Shown here in pieces: positions 18,655 to 27,221 of a stretch of 64,000 bases of DNA. Made by a program: the position numbers and the translations under genes. The notes below the pieces were generated by a model, which was not told the DNA's origin, searched no databases, and saw only the letters and a list, made by a program, of their open reading frames with translations. This DNA comes from Candidatus Dormiibacterota bacterium. GTDB lineage: Bacteria; Chloroflexota; Dormibacteria; CF-121. Within the stretch, counting starts at the first letter, position 1. Every line of letters begins with the position of its first letter. Location of the stretch: contig DASYVR010000053.1 in assembly GCA_035936995.1 (NCBI GenBank), positions 18,018-82,017 on the forward strand, in the 5' to 3' direction.

Positions 18655-19790
18655 GCAGACTCCTTCATGGCCTCGGACTGGGACAACGGATAGGCAAGAT
18701 CGTGCAAGCGGCGAGCCATCTTGAGGACCTCCGCCTCGCTGACGCTGGCGGGTTCGAGCTCGCGCTCGGCGCGGGCGAGCTCGGCGGCAGCCGCCGGCGC
18801 GCGCCGCGAGATCGTGGCATTGAGGCGATCACTGGGAACGTCGCCGCCGAGACCAACCCGTTGGGCGACGGCGCGGCGCGTGGCGGAGAGCAAGGCCTCC
18901 AGCGTAACGCGCCGGGCACCGGTGCGATGCAGGAGGCTTCCCACCGCCACCGCGTACTCCGCCGTCGAGCGGTCATCGCGAGATCGCAACGGGATCGTCG
19001 GGCCGAACGCCCGGCCGCGGAGCGCCAGGCCGGCGAAGATGATCACCACCGCCCAGAGGAGGGCGAAGCCCCAGGCCGTCGTCATCCACGCCGTTTCAGG
19101 CGAGGCGCTCGCCGCCGCGCCGTGATGGAATTCGTCAAACCAGACCCGGCCCCCGGCCGGCGTCATCGCCATCAGGTCAGCGGCGAAGCGACCGTTGTCG
19201 GATTTGCTGAGAAACCCGTTGCAGAGGATGAGGGCATCGGTGAGCGCCACCAGCTGTCCCTGGCCGACGGCCTCGCGCACGCCCAGGACGTCACCGGCGT
19301 CGTTGCGAAGCAGGGGCACCTGGGCTGCGGTCGGCCTGAAGGCGCGGGCGCTATCGGCGCCGGCTACGGCCGCGACCCCGCCGAAGACGGGCGAGGCGGC
19401 ATGGGCCTTCGCCGATACGTCGGTTCCGGAGCGGCGCAACCCGAACTGGGTGTCGAGCTGCGGGTCGCCTCCCTCGGCGGCGTAGACGACCACGCCCCCG
19501 GATTGCATCCAGCTGTTCAGCTGCTGGACTTGATTGGCGCTGAAACCGTTGGTGGGCGTGAAGACAAAGAGCAGGCCCGGCGACGATGACAGGCTGAAAG
19601 CGCCTTCAACCGATCCACTCGGGTGGCCAAGCGCATCGGCGTAGGCCCGTAGCGCGGAGGTTCCGTCGGCGGCGTCGCTGGTCGAGGCGTGGTCTGGGGA
19701 TTGGCCCTGGGTACCGGCGCCTCGCAGCAGCACCAGCAGGAAGACCAGCAGCGCTAACACGCCCAATGCGATCCACCCGCGCCGCTTCAT
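18651..19790 (-). CDS. DUF4350-like membrane protein
   Basis: 379 aa. N-terminal TM plus extracytoplasmic domain plus second TM. 4-nt overlaps with the genes on both sides. Family assigned from architecture and context. Confidence 0.65.
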   Translation of the reverse strand: MKRRGWIALGVLALLVFLLVLLRGAGTQGQSPDHASTSDAADGTSALRAYADALGHPSGSVEGAFSLSSSPGLLFVFTPTNGFSANQVQQLNSWMQSGGVVVYAAEGGDPQLDTQFGLRRSGTDVSAKAHAASPVFGGVAAVAGADSARAFRPTAAQVPLLRNDAGDVLGVREAVGQGQLVALTDALILCNGFLSKSDNGRFAADLMAMTPAGGRVWFDEFHHGAAASASPETAWMTTAWGFALLWAVVIIFAGLALRGRAFGPTIPLRSRDDRSTAEYAVAVGSLLHRTGARRVTLEALLSATRRAVAQRVGLGGDVPSDRLNATISRRAPAAAAELARAERELEPASVSEAEVLKMARRLHDLAYPLSQSEAMKESA

Positions 19791-20683
19791 GCGGCCGTGC
19801 GCCGGTATGGAGCCGCCGCTTCGGCGGCGCGCTCGTAGGTGGCCGCGTCCGGGGTCCGATGGCCATAGCTCGCCTCTTCGAAGGAGAGCAGGAGCGGCCG
19901 CAACGCTTCGGCCCGGTCGGACTGCTGGAACAGCTCGCGCACGGTAAACGGGCTGTGCTCCCAGGCGTGCTCGCCACGGAGATGGACGGAGACGCCGCCG
20001 GCGAGCGCCTTGATGGCCTGCGCGTAGTCGTTGCTGGCGGCCAGCCGGTCGGCGTTACCAAAAAAGTCGACGCGACGGTCCGCCATCAGGGCATCTGTCC
20101 GTACTCTGGCCTCCCTCCCGCCCCGGCTCAGACCGCCGCGGATCGGCCAGGCGATGATCCCGATCACGGCCGCGATGCCGATCGCCAACCAGATCCACAG
20201 CGGGATGTTGAGATGGAGCTTGCTGACCCCCAGCGAGCGGAGGAAGTCGCCGACCCGCCCCACGGTGAAGTCGAAGATCTGCTGGGGCAACGACGGGCCG
20301 GTGCTGAGGCCGGAGTAGCGCGGCTGCGACAGGATGCCTTGCAGCTGACGCTGGGCTTGTGCGGGGTCGGGCGTGTCCACCCGCGCTTGCAACGTGGCAT
20401 AGAGCGCCTGCAGCCGCTGGTCCGCGTCGCCGAGATCCGGCGGGCTCGTCCGAAGGTCTCGCAGGATCTCCGGCTGGCTGCTGCCCGTGCCGCGAACGAA
20501 GACATCGATCGCCTGTTGAACCGATGGCAAATCCCCTCGCTCGGCGAACTGCACCAGCGTGAGCGTGCGATGGACGGCGTTGCTGTAATCGTCGGCGGAG
20601 CTGGCCGCTGCCGCCGCGCCGCCCAGCGCGATCAGCAGCCCGAGGAGGGGCAGCAAGATTGGCGCCGACGCCCCGCGGCGCAA
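19787..20683 (-). CDS. DUF4129-like membrane protein
   Basis: C-terminal ...WEHSPFTVRELF...LLLSFEEASYGHRTPD pattern of DUF4129. The track start 20887 overlaps the upstream gene; TTG 20683 (5 nt after the upstream stop) gives a signal/TM N-terminus LRRGASAPILLPLLGLLIALGG. Confidence 0.6.
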   Translation of the reverse strand: MRRGASAPILLPLLGLLIALGGAAAAASSADDYSNAVHRTLTLVQFAERGDLPSVQQAIDVFVRGTGSSQPEILRDLRTSPPDLGDADQRLQALYATLQARVDTPDPAQAQRQLQGILSQPRYSGLSTGPSLPQQIFDFTVGRVGDFLRSLGVSKLHLNIPLWIWLAIGIAAVIGIIAWPIRGGLSRGGREARVRTDALMADRRVDFFGNADRLAASNDYAQAIKALAGGVSVHLRGEHAWEHSPFTVRELFQQSDRAEALRPLLLSFEEASYGHRTPDAATYERAAEAAAPYRRTAA

Positions 20684-20687
20684 CCGC

Positions 20688-21572
20688 TTACGCCGGCGCC
20701 GTGCCTGGAGCGGCCAGTCGGGCAAGCTGGTCGAGGTCGAGACCTTCCTTGCGAACCCGCAGGTCGAGGTAGAGCATGGTGATGGCGATCGGAGTGATGG
20801 CGCTGACCAGGGCATCGACGAGCGTCGCCACGGTCGTGACCAGACCCGCCCGAAGATCATCGCTGAGACCCGGAACCACGGCCGCAATTCCGGTGAAGAG
20901 CACGCCCAGCGCCGACTGGATCAGGGAGACCATGATGGCGACGATGATCACGATGCCGACCGTGCGCCACCAGTTCTCGCGCACCAGGTTCCAGCTCCGC
21001 CCGACGGCTTTGACCGGGCCAACGCCTTCGGCAAAGAGGGCGGGCGTGGCCACCGACCAGCGGATCAGCACCCAGATCACGACCGGGATCGTCAGGATGC
21101 CGATCGAGCCCAGAGCGACGAGGGCCGCCAGGATCACGATACCGAACACGGCGAAGTAGCGGCGCGCGGTGCCGGCAAGCACGGAGCCGATCGTCTCGAC
21201 GTTGCCGGCGGCCAGCGAGGTGGCCGCCCGATAGAGGGCGCCCACGGTGAAGGGAATCATCAGGATCGCGATCGGAAAGCTCAGCAGATAAAGGGGCGAG
21301 CTGGTGTACTGCGCCTGCCGGGCCTGGATCGCCTGCAGGGCTGCAGGATCGTTCGCATTCTGCAGAACCTGCTGGAGGTAGGAGAACGGATTGGCACGAT
21401 AGGAACCGGAGATCAAGCTCAGGATCAGGTTGGGGAGGATGATGACCAGCGCCACGCCGGCGATCACGGAGAAATGGCGCCGGTAAAGCTTGAAGGTCTC
21501 GTCGAGCAGTTCGCCGAGCGGCAGCGGCCGAAGGCGGACGGGTGTGCCGGCGGTCGCCACGGCCCCAATCAT
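20688..21572 (-). CDS. polytopic membrane protein (GDPD-membrane-domain-like), unknown function
   Basis: 294 aa. LRPLPLGELLDETFKLYRRHF N-terminus followed by about 6 TMs. First gene of the moxR-containing minus-strand run. Confidence 0.6.
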   Translation of the reverse strand: MIGAVATAGTPVRLRPLPLGELLDETFKLYRRHFSVIAGVALVIILPNLILSLISGSYRANPFSYLQQVLQNANDPAALQAIQARQAQYTSSPLYLLSFPIAILMIPFTVGALYRAATSLAAGNVETIGSVLAGTARRYFAVFGIVILAALVALGSIGILTIPVVIWVLIRWSVATPALFAEGVGPVKAVGRSWNLVRENWWRTVGIVIIVAIMVSLIQSALGVLFTGIAAVVPGLSDDLRAGLVTTVATLVDALVSAITPIAITMLYLDLRVRKEGLDLDQLARLAAPGTAPA

Positions 21573-21608
21573 GAGGGAAACGGAGAGGCTGTGTCTACAG
21601 CGGCGCTA

Positions 21609-21827
21609 TCAGTTAGAGCAGGCGCAGCTGCCGCCGCAACCGCAGCCACCTGAGGTCGATGCGCCGGCGGCTTCACCGCGGCCGACCACCGCAAAAGTGG
21701 AGAACATCGCCCTGGTGTTGGTGCTCTCGCACTCGGGGCAGACCTGACGCTCATCGCGGCTGGCGAAGTTGCCAAAGACGTCAAACGTGTGGCGGCAAGT
21801 CAGGCAGGAGAACTCGTAGATCGGCAT
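21609..21827 (-). CDS. FmdB-family zinc-ribbon protein
   Basis: MPIYEFSCLTCRHTFDV...CPECES plus a Gly/Cys tail. Start set at ATG 21827 (MPIYEF) rather than the track start 21854. Confidence 0.85.
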   Translation of the reverse strand: MPIYEFSCLTCRHTFDVFGNFASRDERQVCPECESTNTRAMFSTFAVVGRGEAAGASTSGGCGCGGSCACSN

Positions 21828-21832
21828 GACCA

Positions 21833-21839
21833 TATTGTA
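21833..21839. promoter_or_regulatory. overlapping divergent -10-like boxes (TATTGT on +, TACAAT on -)
   Basis: TATTGT 21833-38 ends 6 nt before rsmG GTG 21845. TACAAT (reverse complement of 21834-39) ends 6 nt before the FmdB ATG 21827. The whole intergenic spacer is 17 bp. Confidence 0.45.
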
Positions 21840-21844
21840 AGGTT

Positions 21845-22474
21845 GTGAGCCCACAAATCCAACGCTACGCCGAGCTGCTGCTCGACTGGAACCGGAGTGT
21901 CAACCTCACCGGCGCGCGCACGCTGGAACAGGCCCTGGCGCAGATCGCGGAGGGCGACCCGTTGCTGGCGGCGGTATGGGCCGGGGTCGGGCGCGTGATC
22001 GACATCGGTAGCGGCGGCGGGCTACCCGCCATTCCGCTGGCGGTTGCCATGCCGGGGGTGCAGTTCACGCTGCTGGAAGCGAATGCCCGGAAATGCGCCT
22101 TCCTCGAGTACGTGGCGGCCACCCTGGGCCTGTCAAACGTGGCCGTGGCCGCCGGGCGAGCCGAGGAATTGGGCCAGCGGCCCGCGCTTCGGGAGCAATT
22201 CGATCGGGCGATCTCGCGGGCCGCCGCGCCGCCGGCGGTGCTGCTGGAGCTGGCCCTTCCCTTCGTTAGACCCGGTGGAGACCTCGTTGCCCAAGTCAGC
22301 CCCCTCGATCCACTTCTGCTCGAGCTTGCGGCGCGCCTCCTCGGCGGCGGGATGCCGAGGCTGGAGCGTCCAGGAGCTGGCGGCGGCGAGCTGCTGGTCG
22401 TCCCAAAGCTGGGCCCGACGCCGTCCAGGTTTCCGCGTCGTACCGGAGTCCCCAACCGCAAGCCACTGGCGTAA
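21845..22474 (+). CDS. rsmG: 16S rRNA (guanine527-N7)-methyltransferase
   Basis: 209 aa. LLLDWNRSVNLTG..., SAM motif VIDIGSGGGLPAIPLA, ...LLEANARKCAFL. Confidence 0.9.
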   Translation: MSPQIQRYAELLLDWNRSVNLTGARTLEQALAQIAEGDPLLAAVWAGVGRVIDIGSGGGLPAIPLAVAMPGVQFTLLEANARKCAFLEYVAATLGLSNVAVAAGRAEELGQRPALREQFDRAISRAAAPPAVLLELALPFVRPGGDLVAQVSPLDPLLLELAARLLGGGMPRLERPGAGGGELLVVPKLGPTPSRFPRRTGVPNRKPLA

Positions 22475-22498
22475 CTCCGATCCCGGCAGGGGCGTTCC

Positions 22499-23368
22499 AT
22501 GAGCATGAGGTCGGCTCTCCGCCTAATTCCCCTGATGGCGATCGGCGCCGTGGCGGCCTTCCTGCTGGCTGGGCCGCTGACGTCCCTCTACAAGACCCAC
22601 GCCGTGGCGAGCCGGCCTCTACCATCCCCCTCGGCCACGATCGATCCGCACCCCTCACCGACGTCGTGTCCCGCGTCGCTGCCCACCCCGAAATCGGCAC
22701 CGACGGTGACGACACCCCCGCCGGCGCTGCCCTTTCCCGTTTGGGTCAACGATCCGCTCGGTGTACACCTCCGATCTGCAGCGAGCACATCGAGTGCGGT
22801 GCTGGCGACGCTTTCGCAAGGCACGCAGGTCACCGCCGATGGAAGGGCCCCCGATGCCTCTGGCAACGTCTGGTATCACGTCAAGTCGAGCAGCCAGGCG
22901 GGCTGGGTGCGGTCCGACTTCGTCGCCGCCACGCCGCTCCATGCGGCGAGTGGCTTCGGCTGGAGCCTGATGCTGCCGCAGGGGTACTCGGTTGCCGCCT
23001 CGTCGGATGCGTCGCTGACCACCGTCAGTAAGACCGGCGATGACCTGCCCTTCCTCGTTGTGCAGACGACCACGTTAGACACGCTCGCAGTGCAACTGCC
23101 GGCGCAGCTGCGCGCCGACCTGGCGCCGGTGGCCGATCACAGCGCCACGATCCAGGTCTGGAACTACACCGTCAACGAGCGCGTGTCGCGAGTCGCGCTC
23201 GACACCTGCAAGGTCAGCTCGGCCTGGGCGCGCCCCGACCAGGGCTGGCCGTACATGACCGCCGTCTATGTCCACACCAGCGGGCGAAACTACCAGTTCT
23301 CCTTCTTTAGCCCTGATGCCAACTCGACACTGGTCAAGCAAATCCTGGATAGCGTCGCCTTAAGCTGA
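22499..23368 (+). CDS. membrane-anchored SH3b-domain protein (paralogue of 6203..7060)
   Basis: 289 aa. TM, Pro-rich linker, SH3b segment VHLRSAASTSSAVLATLSQGTQVTADGRAPDASGNVWYHVKSSSQAGWVRSDF. C-terminal domain aligns with the 6203 protein (LPQGYSV / LPVGYQF; NYQFSFFSPDANSTLVKQILDSV / NYYDFIFLLDEPSSSVVAQLLDSA). Confidence 0.7.
   Translation: MSMRSALRLIPLMAIGAVAAFLLAGPLTSLYKTHAVASRPLPSPSATIDPHPSPTSCPASLPTPKSAPTVTTPPPALPFPVWVNDPLGVHLRSAASTSSAVLATLSQGTQVTADGRAPDASGNVWYHVKSSSQAGWVRSDFVAATPLHAASGFGWSLMLPQGYSVAASSDASLTTVSKTGDDLPFLVVQTTTLDTLAVQLPAQLRADLAPVADHSATIQVWNYTVNERVSRVALDTCKVSSAWARPDQGWPYMTAVYVHTSGRNYQFSFFSPDANSTLVKQILDSVALS
23361..23366 (+). promoter_or_regulatory. -10-like TAAGCT, leaderless start candidate
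   Basis: TAAGCT ends 6 nt before GTG 23373. Overlaps the stop codon of the upstream gene. Confidence 0.35.
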
Positions 23369-23372
23369 TCGC

Positions 23373-24128
23373 GTGAGCGGTGGCGGGACGCGCTGGGAGA
23401 AGGCCGCCGAGGCCTACGCGACGGGCGAGCACAAGTCGGGCCGCGAGCTGGAACTGGTCGTCGAGTTCGCCGCCCCGACCGGCAGGGAACGGGTGCTGGA
23501 CATCGGCACCGGCGCCGGCCACACGGCACTGGCGCTCGCGCCCCGCGTGTCCAGCGTCGTCGTGACCGATCCGGTTGACGCCATGCTGGCGACCGCGCGC
23601 CGCCTCTTCCAGGAGGCCGGCCTCAGTAACGCGGAGTTCGTCCGGGCCAGCGCGGAGCGACTGCCGTTTGCCGTAGCAAGTTTCGACATCGTCACCACCC
23701 GGCTGGCCGCGCATCACTTCGATGACGTCGCCCTGGCGATGCGCGAGGTAGCACGCGTCCTGAGGCCGGGCGGGATCTTCATCTTCATCGACTCGCTCGC
23801 GCCCGAAGATCCGCAGAGCGCGGCCTACCAGGACGAGGTCGAAACGCTGCGCGACCCGACCCACCGCCGGATCTACACACAGCGAGAATGGATCGCGTTT
23901 TGCGAACAGGCCCGCTTTCGCACGGAGAAGACGGAGGTGGTACGCAAGGCCCACGACTTCGAGCCGTGGCTGGAGCGCGGCGGCGAGGACGCGGCGACGC
24001 AGCAGCGAGTCCGTGCCCGATTCCTCGAGGCTCCCGCGTCCGCCGTGCGCGACCTCGAGATCGTGGTTGCAGACGGGCAAGTGAAGTCGTTTACTGACCG
24101 CAAGCTGGTGCTTGCCGCTCGGCGCTGA
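23373..24128 (+). CDS. class I SAM-dependent methyltransferase (Methyltransf_11-like)
   Basis: 251 aa. VLDIGTGAGHTALALA motif I ... FDIVTTRLAAHHF ... LRPGGIFIFID. Confidence 0.85.
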   Translation: MSGGGTRWEKAAEAYATGEHKSGRELELVVEFAAPTGRERVLDIGTGAGHTALALAPRVSSVVVTDPVDAMLATARRLFQEAGLSNAEFVRASAERLPFAVASFDIVTTRLAAHHFDDVALAMREVARVLRPGGIFIFIDSLAPEDPQSAAYQDEVETLRDPTHRRIYTQREWIAFCEQARFRTEKTEVVRKAHDFEPWLERGGEDAATQQRVRARFLEAPASAVRDLEIVVADGQVKSFTDRKLVLAARR

Positions 24129-24217
24129 ATTGGCTGGACCCTCCCTTGACATTGAGCTGGAGCCGCATACGATTCGAATCAGGCTTCGGGTCGATCGTTC
24201 AGTGGGAGGGTAGTGCC

Positions 24218-24625
24218 GTGGCTAAACCGACGCAAGAGGACGCGAAGATCATTCTCGAGCTCGCCAAGATGGGAATGCAGCCGCAACTGGCGGACGCCTT
24301 CACCTGGCTCCTCGCGGAGCCGCCCCCGGCCGACTATGGCCGCTTCAAGGAGAAGTATCCCCCAGGAAGCCGGGAGCACCGGTGGGCGGACCAGATTTGT
24401 GGATTTTTCGAAACCATGGGCGCCCTCTGGAAGCACGGGCTCATCAACGAAGAGCTTCTCTTCGACTGGATCTGGGTTGGCGGACCGTGGGAGCGGATCA
24501 AGGGATACGCGCTGGGACTGCGTAAGGAATTCGACAACCCGAGGCTCTATGAGCTGTTCGAGGCGCTCGCCGCAGCGGAGGCTCGCGCCGAGGCAAAGGT
24601 GCCAGCGGGCGCGAGTCAGCGCTAG
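24218..24625 (+). CDS. hypothetical protein
   Basis: Start moved to GTG 24218 (GGGAGGG 8 nt upstream). 135 aa, helical, no family recognised (WADQICGFFETMGALWKHGLINEELLFDWIW). Confidence 0.5.
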   Translation: MAKPTQEDAKIILELAKMGMQPQLADAFTWLLAEPPPADYGRFKEKYPPGSREHRWADQICGFFETMGALWKHGLINEELLFDWIWVGGPWERIKGYALGLRKEFDNPRLYELFEALAAAEARAEAKVPAGASQR

Positions 24626-24704
24626 ATTCGCCCGTCCCGCGAGGTGCCGACCGCTTTCACGATGCGGACCGCTGGTCGCTTGCTCGATCCCAGCTTGTTG
24701 ACGA

Positions 24705-24733
24705 CCGCTGCCGGCACCTGATGCCGGTAGCGG
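24705..24733. terminator. 12-bp GC-rich hairpin between convergent genes
   Basis: CCGCTGCCGGCA-CCTGA-TGCCGGTAGCGG (one G.U pair), followed on + by TCTTCCCCCC. No clean U-tract. Confidence 0.4.
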
Positions 24734-24766
24734 TCTTCCCCCCGAGCTCGATTCTGGCGCGAAACC

Positions 24767-25213
24767 TCATCGATTGCCCTTCGTGGCGCCTGACACTGAA
24801 GTGGCGACGGGGAGTGGCTGCGAGAAACGGATGTGGTTGCCGAACGGGTCCCGCAGGCCACAGTCGATGCCGTACGGTCGCTCGGTGGGCTCCTCAGTGA
24901 ACTCAACGCCCTTCGCCCGAAGCTCGTTGTAGGTCTTCCGGCAGTCGATGGTCGTGAAGAACAGGTGGCCGCCGGTGGCGCCCTTGGAAACCAGCTCGCG
25001 GACCTGCTCGGCGGTCTTAACGTCGAGCGCCGGCGCGCCCGGCTTCTCCAGCAGGATCTGGCGGGTATCGCCTGGAACGTTAACGGTCAGCCAGCGCATG
25101 AACCCCAGGTCCTGGTCGGTATTGACCTCGAGACCGAGCTTGCCGACATAGAAGGCGAGCGCCTGGTCCTGGTCGAGAACGTAGATCGATGAGATCAAAA
25201 GAGCGTTGAACAT
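24767..25213 (-). CDS. VOC/glyoxalase-family protein
   Basis: Start at ATG 25213 (MFNALLISSIYVLDQDQALAFYVGKLGLEV...), GGAGGTGG Shine-Dalgarno upstream. Two beta-alpha-beta-beta-beta modules, ...GLRDPFGNHIRFSQ. Confidence 0.85.
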   Translation of the reverse strand: MFNALLISSIYVLDQDQALAFYVGKLGLEVNTDQDLGFMRWLTVNVPGDTRQILLEKPGAPALDVKTAEQVRELVSKGATGGHLFFTTIDCRKTYNELRAKGVEFTEEPTERPYGIDCGLRDPFGNHIRFSQPLPVATSVSGATKGNR

Positions 25214-25256
25214 TGGATCCACCTCCGTGGTAGCGCGATTGATGTCGTGTCCCACG

Positions 25257-25679
25257 CTAGACGATGTCTCGCGCGCTGGCTTCTCCAAAACTGCTCGGTC
25301 GTGTCCAGGCCATCGCGAAGCAGGTCGGGACGGCCACGATCGGCCCGTGCTCGCGGTAGGCGGTCGGTGCCTCGCCGACGATGTCGTGAAAGCTACGGCT
25401 GAAGGTGCCCAGGCTGGTGAAGCCGACGTCGAGGCAGATCTCCGTCACGCTGCGGTCGGTCGCGCGCAGCAGGAACATGGCGCGCTCGACCCGGCGACGC
25501 TGCAGGTACCGGTGCGGCGTCTCGCCAAACGTCGCGCGGAATGTTCGGATGAAGTGCGCCTCCGAGACATGGGCGATCCGGGCGAGGGTCGAGAGGTCGA
25601 GCGGCTCAGCGTAGGCGCGGTCCATCGCGTCGCGGGCGCGGAGCATCCGGCGGTTGATCTCCTCCACCGCGCGGCTCAT
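25257..25679 (-). CDS. AraC-family transcriptional regulator (HTH-only, short)
   Basis: Start at ATG 25679 (MSRAVEEINRRM...). LSTLARIAHVSEAHFIRTFRATFGETPHRYLQRRRVERAMFLL...ICLDVGFTSLGTFSRSF. Confidence 0.85.
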   Translation of the reverse strand: MSRAVEEINRRMLRARDAMDRAYAEPLDLSTLARIAHVSEAHFIRTFRATFGETPHRYLQRRRVERAMFLLRATDRSVTEICLDVGFTSLGTFSRSFHDIVGEAPTAYREHGPIVAVPTCFAMAWTRPSSFGEASARDIV

Positions 25680-25695
25680 CGGCGAATCACGCGTC

Positions 25696-27192
25696 TCAAG
25701 CGGGGAGCCCGCGGATGGCCGCCTCAGCGGCGGCTCGTTCGTCCCACGGCTCCTTGCCACGACCGATGAGGATGCTTCGCTCGTGCCCCTTGCCGGCGAG
25801 CAGGATCGTGTCGCCCGCACCGGCACGGCGGACAGCATGCGCGATCCCTTGCCGGCGGTCCTCGATCCGGGCGTACTGTTCGCCCTCCGTCCATCCGACC
25901 TCCTCAGCCCCGGCGGCGATCTCGCTGAGGATGGTCATCGCGTCCTCTTCCCGCGGATCCTCGTTGGTGAAGACGGCATAATCGCTGAGCCGAGCCGCGA
26001 TCTCGCCCATCCAGGGCCGCTTCTCACGATCGCGGTCACCGGCGCTGCCGAAGACCGCGATCAGCTTGCCCCGGGTGATTGGGCGCAGCTCCCGAAGGAC
26101 CTTCTCCAGACTCTGCGGCGTGTGCGCGTAATCGATGATCACGGCGAACGGCTGACCGAGGTCGACGCGCTCCATACGACCGCTGACTCCGCTGTAACTT
26201 TCCAGCCCCAGCCGGATCTCGTCGAGTGTCAGGCGGATAGCGACGCCGGCGGCAGCGGCGGCCAACGCATTCGCGGCGTTCCACCGGCCGCTCAACTTCA
26301 ACCGCAATGACAGAGGTCCGAGGGGCGTCGAGGCTTCCACGCGCAAACCCTCGGGTGTCGCCTCGACGCGGTTGGCCTTGAAATCGGCGTCGAGCTGGAT
26401 GCCGTAGGTGATCTGGCGGGCAATCGGCCGCTTGACCAGGTAGGCGTAGCTCGGGTCGTCCTGGTTGAGGACGGCCGTCTTTTCGATGTCCTTGCGAGCG
26501 CTGGCAGCGGTCAAATCGATCAGCTGGGCCTTCGCTTCGCGGTAGGCCTCGATCGTCTTGTGGAAATCGAGGTGCTCGTGGGCGATGTTGGTGAAGACAG
26601 CGACGTCGTAGTCCACGCCGACCACGCGTTGTTGAGCGAGCCCGTGCGAGCTGGTCTCGATGACGGCGTATTTCAGCCCGCCATCGCGCATGCGCGCCAG
26701 CTGCTGCTGGATCTCGAGCGCCTCGAGGGTGGTCTGGCGCGAGTCGTTCGGATCGACGGTGTCGCCCAAGCGGATGTCCACCGTGCTCATCGAGCCGGCA
26801 CGCCGTCCCGCCCTCAGCAGCACCTGGTGGATCATCGTCGTGGTGGTCGTCTTGCCATCGGTTCCGGTCACCCCGATGACGACCATGTCGCGGCTGGGAT
26901 GCCCATAAAAAGCGCTCGACATCAGCGCCAGCGCCCGGCGGGTGTCGGGGACCACCACCTGAGGCCAGGCCGTGCCGGCCCGGCGTTGCACCACCGCGGC
27001 CACGGCGCCATCTCGTAAAGCGGTCTCGACAAAGCGGTGCCCGTCGGTGTGCGTCCCCAGGATGGCGACGAAGCAGTCACCCGCCTTCAGCCGGCGCGAG
27101 TCGTAGCAGAGGCCGGTGACCTCGGGGTCGGTCGGGGGTGCTTCGAGCACCTCGACGCCCTCGAGGAGGCGGCTCAATTTGATGGCAGTCAC
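25696..27192 (-). CDS. murE: UDP-MurNAc-L-Ala-D-Glu:diamino-acid ligase MurE (DNPR motif replaced by EDPR)
   Basis: 498 aa. ATP loop GVTGTDGKTTT, ...FGSAGDRDREKRP. The specificity motif reads TNEDPREE (25951-25962). Confidence 0.95.
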   Translation of the reverse strand: MTAIKLSRLLEGVEVLEAPPTDPEVTGLCYDSRRLKAGDCFVAILGTHTDGHRFVETALRDGAVAAVVQRRAGTAWPQVVVPDTRRALALMSSAFYGHPSRDMVVIGVTGTDGKTTTTTMIHQVLLRAGRRAGSMSTVDIRLGDTVDPNDSRQTTLEALEIQQQLARMRDGGLKYAVIETSSHGLAQQRVVGVDYDVAVFTNIAHEHLDFHKTIEAYREAKAQLIDLTAASARKDIEKTAVLNQDDPSYAYLVKRPIARQITYGIQLDADFKANRVEATPEGLRVEASTPLGPLSLRLKLSGRWNAANALAAAAAGVAIRLTLDEIRLGLESYSGVSGRMERVDLGQPFAVIIDYAHTPQSLEKVLRELRPITRGKLIAVFGSAGDRDREKRPWMGEIAARLSDYAVFTNEDPREEDAMTILSEIAAGAEEVGWTEGEQYARIEDRRQGIAHAVRRAGAGDTILLAGKGHERSILIGRGKEPWDERAAAEAAIRGLPA

Positions 27193-27204
27193 CGAAACGA
27201 CATG

Positions 27205-27214
27205 ATGCTACGCT
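27205..27214. promoter_or_regulatory. overlapping divergent -10-like boxes (TAGCAT on -, TACGCT on +)
   Basis: TACGCT 27209-14 ends 7 nt before folP ATG 27222. TAGCAT (reverse complement of 27205-10) ends 12 nt before murE GTG 27192. The intergenic spacer is 29 bp. Confidence 0.35.
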
Positions 27215-27221
27215 CAGACCG

